This document shows, piece by piece, positions 23,257 through 33,705 of a stretch of 64,000 nt of DNA. The translations under genes were made by a program, and so were the position numbers. The DNA comes from Candidatus Dormiibacterota bacterium (lineage in GTDB: Bacteria; Chloroflexota; Dormibacteria; Aeolococcales; Aeolococcaceae). The DNA is taken from positions 2,745-66,744 of the forward strand of contig DAITPY010000003.1 in assembly GCA_036833315.1 (NCBI GenBank). The letters run 5' to 3'. The first letter of the stretch is position 1. Each line of letters begins with the position of its first letter. Below the pieces are notes generated by a model. It saw only the letters and a list, made by a program, of their open reading frames with translations, had not been told where the DNA came from and did no database searches.

Positions 23257-24669
23257 TTATTCGGTGCTGACAGGTGCTCGTGCGTCGGTCGAAGCGAGGT
23301 CGGGTTCGAGCACCTGGAGCTGCTTCCATCCGAGCCAGCGCACGGCCGCAGCGATGAGAATGAGAATCACGCCAAGCGCCGCGACCACGCGAGCCACGCC
23401 GATCAGGTCGGAGACCACGCCTGCAAGCAGCAAGGGGATTGCCACGGCGGCGTTGATGACCGTGAAGATCCCGCCGAAGATGCGTCCGCGACTCTCGCTG
23501 TCGGTCCGCTCCTGGAGCACAGTGAACGCGGGAATAAGCAGCGCACCGAGGGCACATCCGAAAATCACCCCGACGATCACGGCGAGCGGGACTATCAGCC
23601 CCTCCGCTCCGAGAGTCCGGAGCACGTCGGGCACCACGCCCATGATCAGCAGCGAGGCGCCGGCGGTGGCGATCGCTGCCACCAGCGTGGTGGCGCGTGA
23701 GAGGGTCGGGCGCTGACCGAGCAGGCCGCCCGTCGCGAGCAGCCCGAACATCGCGGGCACGAGCACGATGTACGTCTCGGTGTCAGAGCGCTTGAGCACC
23801 TCCACGAGGTACACCGGCCCGAGCGCGAAGATCGTGAAGACCACGACGATCGCCAGCGCAAGTTGGTAGAGGCCGAGCCTGAGTGGCGCACTGCCGCGCA
23901 GGATCGCGACCCCGTCGCGCAATTCGCGGAGGATGTTCTGCGACGGGCCGCTGGTCCGCTTCTCGGCGCGCAGGCTGACGCTCACCTTCCACACCGACAG
24001 CGCCGCGAGGCCGAACAGTCCGGTGGCGATGTAGAACGGCGCCTGGTTGCCGAACAGGCCGATTGCGATGGTGGCGGCGGGGACGCCGAGCACGAGGGTG
24101 AGGATCACGGTGGTCATGAACAGCGAGGTCGCCTCGGTGATCTGCTTTCGCGTCACCAATGACGGGATGCTCGCGGCCTCGGCGGGAGCAAAGATCTGTC
24201 CCGCCGAGCTGAACAGCAGCGTGATCACCACGAGCGGCCATGCCTGCCCACGCAGCGCTGGAAACAACTGCGCCAGGGGGATGAGGAGGATCAGCCCACC
24301 ACGGACGAGGTTGGTGCCGAGCATCAGCACGCGCTTGTCGTGCCGATCCGCGTAGACACCCGATGGCGCGCTGAGCAGGACGCTCGGCAAGGTGTACGCG
24401 ATCATCAGCACCGACTGCAGCGACGCGCGCTTGGTGAGCGTATACATGAAGACGAGCAGCGTGAACATCAGAAACTTGTCGGCCAGCTGCGAGAGCAGTT
24501 GCGCCATCCAGAGGTAGCGGAAGTCGCGGCGACGGAGCACGGCGATGAAACCGCCCGCCTGCTCGGGATGCGGCGGCACCGCGGGTCGAGTGGCGTGCAG
24601 CGGCGCAACCGCCGTGTCGCCGTTCGCGTTGTCCGGCTCGGTGCGATCGCTGGTGAGCGGTTGCCTCAT
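23257..24669 (-). CDS. MFS transporter
   Basis: About 12 predicted TM helices, FRYLWMAQLLSQLADKF N-terminal region. Start trimmed to ATG 24669 (ATGA overlap with rsmA stop). Confidence 0.85.
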   Translation of the reverse strand: MRQPLTSDRTEPDNANGDTAVAPLHATRPAVPPHPEQAGGFIAVLRRRDFRYLWMAQLLSQLADKFLMFTLLVFMYTLTKRASLQSVLMIAYTLPSVLLSAPSGVYADRHDKRVLMLGTNLVRGGLILLIPLAQLFPALRGQAWPLVVITLLFSSAGQIFAPAEAASIPSLVTRKQITEATSLFMTTVILTLVLGVPAATIAIGLFGNQAPFYIATGLFGLAALSVWKVSVSLRAEKRTSGPSQNILRELRDGVAILRGSAPLRLGLYQLALAIVVVFTIFALGPVYLVEVLKRSDTETYIVLVPAMFGLLATGGLLGQRPTLSRATTLVAAIATAGASLLIMGVVPDVLRTLGAEGLIVPLAVIVGVIFGCALGALLIPAFTVLQERTDSESRGRIFGGIFTVINAAVAIPLLLAGVVSDLIGVARVVAALGVILILIAAAVRWLGWKQLQVLEPDLASTDARAPVSTE

Positions 24670-25550
24670 CGCGTCACGGACCTCACCTCGGCGACCGCGC
24701 GAGCAAGCAGCTCCCACTCATCGAGGCGAAGCGTACCCGGACGGCGGCCGGAATCGATGCCCGTAGCCAGGAGCACCGCCGATGCGGTCGCTGTGTCGTT
24801 ACCGAGCGCGCGCCCGAGCCCGTTGCGCAGGGTCTTGCGACGCGACTGAAAGAGCGGCCTGGCGAGCGCGATCACCGAGGCTCGCATGGCCGCGTCCATG
24901 ACGCGCGTGGGAACCAACCTGAGGATCGAGGAGTGCACCGCCGGCGGGGGGTCGAAGGCTTCGGGCGGCACGTCCCGGAGCCGTTCGACGCCGGCGTGCA
25001 AGCGCACCGCGACAGTCGCGAGGCTCCAATCCCCCGGCTCGGCCGCCAGCCGCGCCGCCACCTCACGCTGGACGAGGATGACCGCGCGCGCCGGCGGGTC
25101 GGGTGCCTCGAGCAGCCGGGTGAGCACCAGACCGGTGAGCTGGTAGGGCAGATTGCCCGTCGCCAGCCACCCGGGGCGCAATCCGAGCGCCTCCGCGTCG
25201 ACCGTGCGCGCGTCCGCCTGGAGGACCGTGACGTTCGCGTGGGCGCGCTGGGTGATCTCGGTGCCGGCGACACAGGCAGGGTCGATGTCGATGGCCACGA
25301 CCCGCCCGGCGCGCTCCGCCAGTGCCCCGGTGAGCGTCCCCAGTCCACAACCGATCTCCAGCACCTCGCTCTGAGGTCCCGGGTCGAGGGCATCGACGAT
25401 GGCGTCGAGCACCTCGCGGTCGATGAGGAAGTGTTGCCCGAGACTCGTGTCGCGTCGCAATCCGACGCGGCGCGCGACCGCGGTCACCGTCCTCGGATCG
25501 GTGAGGTCGATCGGGTGGCGTGCGCGCGCCGCGCGCGCTCTCTCAGGCAC
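24666..25550 (-). CDS. rsmA: 16S rRNA (adenine1518/1519-N6)-dimethyltransferase
   Basis: LGQHFLIDREVLD, SAM motif VLEIGCGLGTLT. Confidence 0.9.
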   Translation of the reverse strand: MPERARAARARHPIDLTDPRTVTAVARRVGLRRDTSLGQHFLIDREVLDAIVDALDPGPQSEVLEIGCGLGTLTGALAERAGRVVAIDIDPACVAGTEITQRAHANVTVLQADARTVDAEALGLRPGWLATGNLPYQLTGLVLTRLLEAPDPPARAVILVQREVAARLAAEPGDWSLATVAVRLHAGVERLRDVPPEAFDPPPAVHSSILRLVPTRVMDAAMRASVIALARPLFQSRRKTLRNGLGRALGNDTATASAVLLATGIDSGRRPGTLRLDEWELLARAVAEVRSVTR

Positions 25551-26355
25551 GCGCCGGAGCCGCGATCGGGAGGTCGAGGATGCGCCGTGCGGTGCGCGTG
25601 GTCGCCGTTCGCACCTCGTCCACGGTCGCGCCGCGCAACCGGGCCACCGCGGCCGCCGTGATCGCCACCCGTTCCGGGAGGTTCACCGTGCCGCGCTGCG
25701 GCGCGGGGCTCAGAAAGGGTGAGTCGGTCTCGACCACGAAGCCGTCGTCCGCAACCGTGCGCGCGGCGTCCTGGATCGGGCCGCTGCGGGGGAAGGTGAC
25801 GATCCCCGAGAACGATGCGACGAATCCGTGCTCCGCGCATCGCCTCGCATGCGCGGCATCGCCGCTGAAGCAGTGCATCACCCCGCGCGCTCCGGGAGTG
25901 CCATCCAGGGCGGCGAGCACCTCGGTGTGTGCGTCTCGGTCGTGGATGAGCACCGGCTTGGCGGCGTCATGCGCCAATTCGAGCATCGCCCTGAACGATC
26001 GCTCCTGCACCTCTAGGGGCACCTCGTGATACCCGGGTCGGAAGAAGAGGTCGAGCCCCACCTCCCCCACCGCGACCGCCTTCGGATGGCGCAACAACTC
26101 CGCGAGCGCGTCGAGCTGTCGCGCGTCGGGCGCGACTCGCTCGTGCGGATGCCATCCGCAGGTGAAATAGACGTTGGGATACCGCTCCGCGAGCACTCGG
26201 TTCTGATCGGAGTCCTCGAGGTTGAGCCCGACCGAGATGATCTGCTCGACCCGCGCCGCCGCGGCACCCTCGAGCGCCGCGTCGAGCAGGCCGCGTTCGT
26301 CGAGCAGGACCAGGTGGCAGTGCGTGTCGATGAGGGGCGCCAGCCCGTCAGTCAT
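25543..26355 (-). CDS. tatD: TatD family metal-dependent hydrolase
   Basis: Track ORF 25543-26787 trimmed to ATG 26355 ([15 protein letters not shown]...); ATGA overlap with rsmI stop. Confidence 0.85.
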   Translation of the reverse strand: MTDGLAPLIDTHCHLVLLDERGLLDAALEGAAAARVEQIISVGLNLEDSDQNRVLAERYPNVYFTCGWHPHERVAPDARQLDALAELLRHPKAVAVGEVGLDLFFRPGYHEVPLEVQERSFRAMLELAHDAAKPVLIHDRDAHTEVLAALDGTPGARGVMHCFSGDAAHARRCAEHGFVASFSGIVTFPRSGPIQDAARTVADDGFVVETDSPFLSPAPQRGTVNLPERVAITAAAVARLRGATVDEVRTATTRTARRILDLPIAAPARA

Positions 26356-27044
26356 GGGCGCGCTCCCACCAGGACGGTGCACTCGCCGCGGGGTGGTCGC
26401 GCCGAGAACTCCTCCACCAGCGCAGCCGCGGTGCCGCGATGCATAGTCTCGTGCATTTTCGTCAGTTCCCTGGCGACGACGACCGGGCGATCCCCGAGCA
26501 CCGGCGTCGCCAGGCGGAGGGTCTTGACCAGGCGCATCGGCGACTCGAAGAATGCGAGCGTGCGGTCCTCCTCGAGCGCCTGCTCGAGCACGTGCACCAG
26601 CTTTCCTGCCGTGCGCGGCAGGAAGCCGAGAAAGCAGAACGCGTTGCCGGGCAAGCCACTTGCTGCGAGCGCCGCGGTGAGCGCGGAGGCGCCCGGTATC
26701 GGCGTCACCTGATGGCCGGCGTCGACGGCGGCGCGGACCAGGACGGCGCCGGGGTCGCTCACGGCCGGCGTGCCCGCGTCGGTGCACAGCGCAAGGGTTT
26801 CACCACGGTCGAGCCGTTCGAGCAGCTGGGGCACGCGACGTCGCTCGTCGAATGCAGGCAGTGAGAGGACCGGCTTGTGCACACCGTGCGCGCTGAGCAA
26901 CGCCTTGGTGCGCCGCGAGTCCTCGGCGACCACGGCGTCGCACTCGCGCAGCACGCGCAGGGCCCGCAACGTGATGTCCTCGAGGTTGCCGATCGGCGTT
27001 GCGACCACCGCGAGGGTGCCCGTGGACCCGCTCACCTGCCCCAA
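26352..27044 (-). CDS. rsmI: 16S rRNA (cytidine1402-2'-O)-methyltransferase
   Basis: [24 protein letters not shown]; tetrapyrrole-methylase fold. Start at ATG 27044 or GTG 27035. Confidence 0.9.
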   Translation of the reverse strand: MGQVSGSTGTLAVVATPIGNLEDITLRALRVLRECDAVVAEDSRRTKALLSAHGVHKPVLSLPAFDERRRVPQLLERLDRGETLALCTDAGTPAVSDPGAVLVRAAVDAGHQVTPIPGASALTAALAASGLPGNAFCFLGFLPRTAGKLVHVLEQALEEDRTLAFFESPMRLVKTLRLATPVLGDRPVVVARELTKMHETMHRGTAAALVEEFSARPPRGECTVLVGARP

Positions 27045-27886
27045 TCCCGCGGATAGCGGAACTCGCGGTCGATGGTGCGGCTGCTCAGCTTTGCGATCAC
27101 CGGCGGGCGGCGCTTGTACTGACTGCCGCGGACCCGCTCTGCCACCTTGTCGACATCGGCGACGTCGAAACCGAGCGCGATCACCTCGGAACGGCTGCGC
27201 CGCTGGTCGACGAGCAGGTGCAGCACCTGATCGACCACCGCATAACGAATCCCCAACTCCTCCTCATCGGACTGGCCGGCCCAGAGGTCCGCGCTCGGCG
27301 GTTTGGTGAGCACGTTGTGGGGAAGATCAAGCTCGCGCGCCAGCGCGAACACCTGGGTCTTGTAGAGGTCCCCGATCGGGTTGAGTGCGCTCGCCATGTC
27401 GCCGAAGAGCGTCCCGTATCCGAGCAGCAGCTCGGTCTTGTTGGAGGTGCCGAGGACCAGCGCTCGCTGCGCCATCGAGTGGTCGTAGAGGATCGACATG
27501 CGCTCGCGCGCCATCTTGTTGCCGCGACGGGTGCGATCCGCATCCGGGAAGCGCTCGAAGTAGCCGTCCACCTGGGCGGTGATATCGATGGTCTGGGCTG
27601 CGATGCCGAGACTCTCACAGACCGCGTACGCGTCGAGTGCGGACTGGGGATCACTGGTCCGGTAGGGCATGAAGATCGCCACGACGTTGCCGGGGCCGAG
27701 CGCCGAAACTGCGAGTGCGGTCACCAGCGACGAATCGACACCGCCCGAGAGGCCGACGACGACCCGTTCGAAGCCCACCTTGCGAACGCCGTCGGCGATG
27801 AAGCCGCGAAGCAGACCGGCTACGAAGCCGGCGTCAATCGCGAGCGTGTCGGCGGCGGAGTCTGTCGGTCTCTGCGTCGTTGACAT
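27032..27886 (-). CDS. nadE: NAD+ synthetase, stand-alone synthetase (NadE) subunit
   Basis: PP-loop [13 protein letters not shown]; 284 aa. Confidence 0.9.
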   Translation of the reverse strand: MSTTQRPTDSAADTLAIDAGFVAGLLRGFIADGVRKVGFERVVVGLSGGVDSSLVTALAVSALGPGNVVAIFMPYRTSDPQSALDAYAVCESLGIAAQTIDITAQVDGYFERFPDADRTRRGNKMARERMSILYDHSMAQRALVLGTSNKTELLLGYGTLFGDMASALNPIGDLYKTQVFALARELDLPHNVLTKPPSADLWAGQSDEEELGIRYAVVDQVLHLLVDQRRSRSEVIALGFDVADVDKVAERVRGSQYKRRPPVIAKLSSRTIDREFRYPRDWGR

Positions 27887-28790
27887 CGTTTCGTTCGTCG
27901 CGAAGCAGCGGATAGGTCACCCGTGCTCGCCGGAGCGCGCCGCGCTCGAGGGTGTGCAACAGCACCGTTTCATCCGCGCCCGGAAGCGCGCCGATCACGG
28001 TGCCGGCCGGGCCGACCACGCGCGAGCCGCCCCAGAAGCCAACCCCGTCCTCGAAGCCGGTGCGGTTGCAGTAGATGACGTAACTGGTGAACAGCTGCGC
28101 ATAGGTGCGCGTCATGACGTCGTAACTCCTCGCGGTGCCAAGCGCCTCACCCTGGAGGACACCGCTCCCCGGCGACGCCGACGGACAGATGAAGATGTCG
28201 ACACCCTGGCGCGCGAGCAGCGCGGCTGCTGACGGGTGCCAGAGGTCCTCGCAGATGAGCATGCCCGCGCGCCAGCGATGCTCGGTGCGGCCGCCGAGCG
28301 GAGCATCGAAGGCTCGGAAGCGGTTGCCGGCTGAGACGTAACGCTGCTCGTCGAACAGCCCGTAGGTGGGGAGGTACACCTTGCGGTGCACGTGCACCAC
28401 CTCACCCGCGCTGATGTAGATGGAAGCGTTGTAGAAGCGATGGCTGTCGCTCTCGAGGATGAGTCCGACGACCATGTCGATCTGCACCGCCCGCGAGGCC
28501 TCGCGCAGGGTGCCGACTTCCCTGGAGTCGAGGCGCAGGGCCACATCCGGCACCTGGTCCTTGAGGAAGTATCCGGTCATCGACAGCTCCGGGAAGACCA
28601 CGAGCCCGGCATCGTGGGCGGCCGCATCGGCGATCACGGCCAGGTGCTTGGAGAGGTTGGCGGCCACGTCGCCGAGCTTCGGATAGCACTGCGCGAGGGC
28701 GATGGTGATCGAACCGGCGGGGTCGATCGTCGGTGCCGGTTCTTCGTGGGGAGTTGCGGCGGCGGCCGTCGCCAGGTCCGGCGATGCCAT
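27834..28790 (-). CDS. Carbon-nitrogen hydrolase (nitrilase superfamily), probable glutaminase partner of NadE
   Basis: Track ORF 27834-29327 trimmed to ATG 28790 ([11 protein letters not shown]...). [12 protein letters not shown] (Glu) and [10 protein letters not shown] (catalytic Cys). The 3' end overlaps nadE by 53 nt. Confidence 0.8.
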   Translation of the reverse strand: MASPDLATAAAATPHEEPAPTIDPAGSITIALAQCYPKLGDVAANLSKHLAVIADAAAHDAGLVVFPELSMTGYFLKDQVPDVALRLDSREVGTLREASRAVQIDMVVGLILESDSHRFYNASIYISAGEVVHVHRKVYLPTYGLFDEQRYVSAGNRFRAFDAPLGGRTEHRWRAGMLICEDLWHPSAAALLARQGVDIFICPSASPGSGVLQGEALGTARSYDVMTRTYAQLFTSYVIYCNRTGFEDGVGFWGGSRVVGPAGTVIGALPGADETVLLHTLERGALRRARVTYPLLRDERNDVNDAETDRLRRRHARD

Positions 28791-31576
28791 CACGCCGGTT
28801 CGAGATCGTTCGAGGACCATCCGCCTGATTCTCCCACGGTCTCGGGCAATGCCCCCGTCTTGACGAAGCCGTCGACCAATGCGGGGACCGCATCGAGCCC
28901 GGCCATGGCCATCGGTGCGGGCGGCAGTGCGCGCAGGAAGCCGACGCCATACTGACGGGTGCGCAGGCGAGGGTCGCAGAGCACCACGGCGCCGCGATCC
29001 GCGGCGCTGCGGATGAGCCTGCCGAATCCCTGTCGCAGCCGGATCACCGCCAGCGGAAGGATGTACTCGGCGAAGGGGTCGCGCAGCTGCTCCGATCGGG
29101 CCCGGACCAGCGGGTCGGTCGGGACCGGGAACGGCAGCTTGTCGATCACCACGCAGCGGAGGCGGTCGCCGGGGATATCGACACCTTCCCAGAAGCTGCT
29201 CGTCGCCAGCAGCACCGTGCGAGGATCGGCGAGAAAGCTCTGGAGGATCTGCCGTCGCGTGCCGTCGAGGCCCTGTGCGAGGCTCGCGATCCCACGGGCG
29301 TCGAGGCGGTCCTGGAGCAACGTCCATATCCGCTTGAGCGGACCGTAGCTGGTGAACAGCACCAGCGTGTGGCCATCGAGCCGGCCGGCGATGCCGTCGA
29401 TGAGCTCGGTCATCCGGCTGTCATGGAGGGGGTCGTCGTACGCGGTTGCGTCCTCGGGCAGGATGCAGATGGCCTGGCGCAGGTAGTCGAAGGGTGACGG
29501 GAGAGTCAGCTCGTCAGCCGCGCTGCCGATACCGACCCGGGTGCGGATGAAGTCGAAACCGCCCGCGACCGACAGGGTGGCGGAGGTGAGCACCACCGAT
29601 TCGGCGGGGTCGAAGATGGTCTCGGCGAGCGGGCCGGCGACATCGATCGGGGCCTCGTGGAGCTCAGCCTGCTCACCGCGCATCTCGATCCAGGCGACCG
29701 TGCCGGCTCGGGGACGGCAGAGCACATGGTCGATCGCCGCTGCGAGGCCGGTCAGCGCTGCCGCCGCGTGTTCGAGCTCGTCTCTGGCACGATCCGGCTG
29801 GGGCAGGAGGTCGGCCTGGATCGTTCCCGCGGTCGCGGAGAGGAGCGCGCTCGCCGTTCGCTGGAGCACTCCAACCGCGTGCACCGCGGCGCGCTCGACC
29901 ACGGCGAAGTCCCCGTCCGCCCGAACCGCCTCGGAGAGCCCGACCCTGCCGTTGGCGGGGTGCTCACCCCCGAGCCTCGCGGTCATGAACCCCTTGGCGT
30001 CACCGAACAACCGTTGGCCCGCTTCGCGGCATCGATCGAGGTCGGCGCCGAGCGGGCTCGGCTGCGTCGCCGGCAGGCGATCGAGGACCAGTGCCAGGTC
30101 GGCACCCCGCACCGCGACCCCGAGCTGCTCGGTTGCGACCGCTTCGAGCTGATGTGCTTCATCGATCACCAATGCGTCGTACGCACCCAGGACCTGCCCC
30201 TGACTCTCGTTGGCGGCGAGGAGCAACGCGTGGTTGGTGACAACGATGGCAGCATCGACCGCGTTGCGACGAGCGCCGACCATATGGCACCGCGCATTCG
30301 CCCAGTTGGCGCACGCGGAACCGAGGCAATCGGTCACATCGGAGGCGACCTTGCGCCAGAGTTGCTCCTCCTCGCCTGCCAGGTAGACCTCAGACCGGTC
30401 GCCCGTCTGGGTGGTCGCAAGCCACGCGAGGATCTTCAACTTGAAGCGAATCGCCGCCAGGTCGGGCTCCGGGCCCGTGGAGTCGGGCGTGTCCAGAAAG
30501 CGCTGCCAGCGGCGAAGGCTGATGTAGTGGTTGCGTCCTTTCAGCACCGCCACCGGGATGGCCTGTCCGAGCAGGCCCGCGAGGGTGGGCAGATCGCGAT
30601 CCGCGAGCTGCTCCTGGAGGTTGACGGTGTGGGTCGCGACCACCGCGCGCTTGCCGGTCCGGGCCGTCCAGAGTGCCAGCGGGGTCAGGTAGGCGAGCGA
30701 CTTGCCGACCCCGGTCCCGGCCTCGACCATGAGGCGCCGCCCGCGCTCCAGCGTCTGGCCGACGGCGATCGCCATCTGCTGCTGTGCCTCGCGGTACTCA
30801 TACCCGTCTGTTGTCGCGAGCGGGCCCTCGGGGCCGAGCAGCACTGCCGCGGCATCGCCGACATCGCGACTCGCCAGCGTGGCCGGCGTGCGCTTCGGCA
30901 TCGGCGCGGAGCTCGGCGCAGGTGGCGGGCCGGCTTCGAGAGGAGCCTGCGCGTCGATCCCAGGTCTGAGAATCAGATCACCGAGGAAGGTGGCGAACGG
31001 CCCGGGGGCCTGGTTCGCCACCCTGCGCATCTCCAGCTGGGTGCCATCAGGAAGCGCCCGGCCGGCGCCGACCAGTACGCGGAAGAGATCGCCCGTCGCC
31101 AGCGCGTCGCTCAGGGCTCGGTGCGGTCGCTCGTGAGGAATCCCGAGCCGCCGGCTCAGCAGCGGGAGACTGTGGCTCTCGAAGGTCGGCAGCAGGATGC
31201 GCGCCAGATCGAGGGTGTCGAAGACCAACCGCGAGCCGAACGAGTCCGAGAGGAGCGAACGGAGGAAGAGGAGATCGAAGGTCCCACCGTGAGCGATCAG
31301 CGCCGCGTCGCCGCAGAAGGCGGCGAGCTGAGCCGCTGCCTCGAGCGGAGGCGGCGCGCCCAAGACGTCGGCATCGGTGAGGCCGACCAGCCGTTGAATC
31401 GCGAGCGGGATCGGGATCTGCGGATCGACGATCAGCTGCATCTGGTCGAGCGGCCGGAGTAAATGGTCGTATCGGACCGCTCCGATCTCGAGGAGACGGT
31501 CGCTGCGCGGCGACAGCCCGGTTGTCTCCAGGTCGAATGCCACGAGGTCGTCCGGATGTGCCGATCCGTAGGTCAC
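28790..31576 (-). CDS. dinG: DnaQ-type 3'-5' exonuclease fused to a DinG-family helicase
   Basis: N-terminal Exo I motif VAFDLETTGL; helicase Walker A EAGTGVGKSLAYL; DEAH box LVIDEAHQLE. The track N-terminus overlaps cmk. Start set to GTG 31576, which is uncertain. Confidence 0.85.
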   Translation of the reverse strand: MTYGSAHPDDLVAFDLETTGLSPRSDRLLEIGAVRYDHLLRPLDQMQLIVDPQIPIPLAIQRLVGLTDADVLGAPPPLEAAAQLAAFCGDAALIAHGGTFDLLFLRSLLSDSFGSRLVFDTLDLARILLPTFESHSLPLLSRRLGIPHERPHRALSDALATGDLFRVLVGAGRALPDGTQLEMRRVANQAPGPFATFLGDLILRPGIDAQAPLEAGPPPAPSSAPMPKRTPATLASRDVGDAAAVLLGPEGPLATTDGYEYREAQQQMAIAVGQTLERGRRLMVEAGTGVGKSLAYLTPLALWTARTGKRAVVATHTVNLQEQLADRDLPTLAGLLGQAIPVAVLKGRNHYISLRRWQRFLDTPDSTGPEPDLAAIRFKLKILAWLATTQTGDRSEVYLAGEEEQLWRKVASDVTDCLGSACANWANARCHMVGARRNAVDAAIVVTNHALLLAANESQGQVLGAYDALVIDEAHQLEAVATEQLGVAVRGADLALVLDRLPATQPSPLGADLDRCREAGQRLFGDAKGFMTARLGGEHPANGRVGLSEAVRADGDFAVVERAAVHAVGVLQRTASALLSATAGTIQADLLPQPDRARDELEHAAAALTGLAAAIDHVLCRPRAGTVAWIEMRGEQAELHEAPIDVAGPLAETIFDPAESVVLTSATLSVAGGFDFIRTRVGIGSAADELTLPSPFDYLRQAICILPEDATAYDDPLHDSRMTELIDGIAGRLDGHTLVLFTSYGPLKRIWTLLQDRLDARGIASLAQGLDGTRRQILQSFLADPRTVLLATSSFWEGVDIPGDRLRCVVIDKLPFPVPTDPLVRARSEQLRDPFAEYILPLAVIRLRQGFGRLIRSAADRGAVVLCDPRLRTRQYGVGFLRALPPAPMAMAGLDAVPALVDGFVKTGALPETVGESGGWSSNDLEPA

Positions 31577-31661
31577 GCCGCGGCGGAGCTCCCCCCGAGG
31601 GTGAGCGTTTCGGCTCCCACGGGCCGGCGCTCCTCGGGGAGCAATGCGATCACGCGCTCCA

Positions 31662-32351
31662 TCATGGTCGCACCGGCTTGACGGCCGCCCAGAGGCCGAG
31701 CGCGTTGCGGACCATCTCGTCGATACCGAGGACACCCGTGTCCAGGACGTGCGCATCGGACGCCGGTCGCATCGGTGCGGCAGCCCTCGACGCGTCACGG
31801 TGGTCGCGTGCTCCGACCTCGCCGTGGAGCAACGCACCGTCGACGTCGGCGCCCGTGACGCCGAGCTGGCGTGCCCGCCGGCGGGCGCGAACCTCCTCGG
31901 AGGCCACGAGGTAGAGCTTGAGCGGAGCGTCCGGGAAGACGACGGTGCCGCAATCCCGGCCCACCGCCACGGCTCCCTCGATGGCGAGAGCGCGCTGGGC
32001 GTCGAGCAGTGCCGCGCGAACCTCGGGGATGCTGCTCATCGATGCCAGCAGCGGCGCATTGGCGGGATCTCGAAGCTCGTGACGGGCATCGACTCCGTTG
32101 ACGCAGGCGGTGCTGTCGCCTTCCTCGTGGGTCGGGTCGGTGTCGATGACGACGACGGCGTCGCGAGCGCACTCGATCAACGCCTGGCGATCGTCGGGAT
32201 CGATATGTGCCCGCGCCGCCGCCACCGTCACTCCGCGATAGAACAGCCCGGTGTCAACCAACGGGATGCCGAGAGCGAGCGCGAGCTGCCGGCCGAGCGT
32301 GGTCTTGCCGCTGCCCGCCGGCCCGTCGATGGTCACGATCGGCGGATTCAC
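31662..32351 (-). CDS. cmk: Cytidylate kinase
   Basis: VTIDGPAGSGKTT P-loop; GTG start with GTGA overlap on the rluB stop. Confidence 0.9.
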   Translation of the reverse strand: MNPPIVTIDGPAGSGKTTLGRQLALALGIPLVDTGLFYRGVTVAAARAHIDPDDRQALIECARDAVVVIDTDPTHEEGDSTACVNGVDARHELRDPANAPLLASMSSIPEVRAALLDAQRALAIEGAVAVGRDCGTVVFPDAPLKLYLVASEEVRARRRARQLGVTGADVDGALLHGEVGARDHRDASRAAAPMRPASDAHVLDTGVLGIDEMVRNALGLWAAVKPVRP

Positions 32352-33118
32352 CGCTCAGGCCCGGCGGGTCGTGGACGCGCGGCCGCGCGTGACGGTGCCG
32401 GGAGTCCCGCCGCGGCGCGGAGCGATGTCAACTCAGCGGCGCGAAGCCGGCGTGCCTCGCCCTCCCCAAGGTCACCCAGTTGCAGCGGACCGACAGCTGT
32501 CCGGACGAGGTCTCGCACCTCGATGCCGATTGCAGCGAAGAGCCTGCGCACCTCGCGCTTGCGACCCTCCGCCATCACGACTTCGACGACGGAATCGGAT
32601 CCGGCGCGTTGCGCCGTCAGCGCTCTGGCGGGGCCGTCCTCCAATTCGACGCCGGCGACGATCTGCGCGAGCTGTTCCTCGCCGATGGCGCGATCGAGCG
32701 TGGCCACGTATCGCTTGGTCACACCGTGACGTGGGTGCGAGACTGCGTGGGCGAGGTCGCCGTCGGTGGTCAGCACCAGCAGGCCGCGACTGTCGGCATC
32801 GAGCCTTCCCACCGGCACCAGTCCCGGGACCGGTTCGATGAGGTCCATGACCGTGCGCCGCTGATATGGATCGCTGCGCGTGGTCACCACCCCGGCCGGC
32901 TTGTTCAGGACGATGGTGACCGCAACTGTCCTGGCTGGAATGCGGTGGCCGTCGACGCACACGCGGTCCATCGCTGGGTGCACCACCGTCCCGAGCTCGC
33001 TCACATCACCGTTGACGGTGACCCTGCCTGCGGCGATCAGCGCATCCGCGCCGCGTCGTGACGCCACGCCGCGACGCGCGAGATACCGATTGAGACGCTC
33101 GGGTGGATGCCCGCTCAC
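32348..33118 (-). CDS. rluB: Pseudouridine synthase, RsuA/RluB family
   Basis: S4 domain LNRYLARRGVASRR and catalytic VGRLDADSRGLLVLTTDG. Confidence 0.85.
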   Translation of the reverse strand: MSGHPPERLNRYLARRGVASRRGADALIAAGRVTVNGDVSELGTVVHPAMDRVCVDGHRIPARTVAVTIVLNKPAGVVTTRSDPYQRRTVMDLIEPVPGLVPVGRLDADSRGLLVLTTDGDLAHAVSHPRHGVTKRYVATLDRAIGEEQLAQIVAGVELEDGPARALTAQRAGSDSVVEVVMAEGRKREVRRLFAAIGIEVRDLVRTAVGPLQLGDLGEGEARRLRAAELTSLRAAAGLPAPSRAAARPRPAGPER

Positions 33119-33705
33119 TCGAGGATCGGGAGCGCCGCGCTCTCGGAAACGGGCGGCAGGTCCTCGATTCGCTCGAGTCCGACGAGCTGCAGGAATCGAA
33201 GCGTGGTACCGAACAGGCGGGGGTGACCGGGCGAGTCCTGGCGCGCAATCTCTTCGATGAGCCCGCGCTCGGTGAGGTGTTCGAGCACCGCTTCGCAGTC
33301 CACCCCGCGAATCGACTCGATGACCGCCTTGGTGGCCGGTTGTCGATAGGCGATGATCGCCAGCGTCTCCATGGCGGCGCGGCTCAGGCGCGAGGGACGC
33401 TCGGGATGGAGGCCTCGCTGCACCGCCCAGGCCATCTCTGGACGGGTGACCAGCTGCACCGACTCGGCCGAACGCTGGAGCATCAGCCCGCGGCCCCGCA
33501 GCTGCATGGCGAGCACCGCGGCCGCGTTGGTCACCGCGGATGGACTCCGATCGAGTGTCGCCGCCGCCTCCGCGATGCTCACCTCCCGGCCCAGCGCGAA
33601 GCAGAGCGCTTCGAGCGCGGGCGCCAGATCCTCGGGTTCGGCATCCGCCGTGCCGTCCGGCACCGTCGCGCGCCCGAACACGTCGAGGACGAGCACGTCA
33701 TCCAC
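33115..33705 (-). CDS. scpB: Segregation and condensation protein B
   Basis: ETLAIIAYRQPATKAVIESIRG winged-helix motif; follows scpA. Confidence 0.85.
   Translation of the reverse strand: MDDVLVLDVFGRATVPDGTADAEPEDLAPALEALCFALGREVSIAEAAATLDRSPSAVTNAAAVLAMQLRGRGLMLQRSAESVQLVTRPEMAWAVQRGLHPERPSRLSRAAMETLAIIAYRQPATKAVIESIRGVDCEAVLEHLTERGLIEEIARQDSPGHPRLFGTTLRFLQLVGLERIEDLPPVSESAALPILE

Noticed and set aside
25543-26787. Long N-terminal extensions of track ORFs: tatD, CN hydrolase 27834-29327, nadK, aroKB, A24 peptidase 44949-46181, ruvX 46531-47589, tlyA-like 14564-15793, pheT, nusB, recN, dinG, ruvA, arsI.
   Set aside because: The extensions are Arg/Pro-rich, overlap the upstream gene in another frame, and internal ATG/GTG starts give canonical N-termini with ATGA/GTGA coupling. 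The calls were trimmed accordingly.
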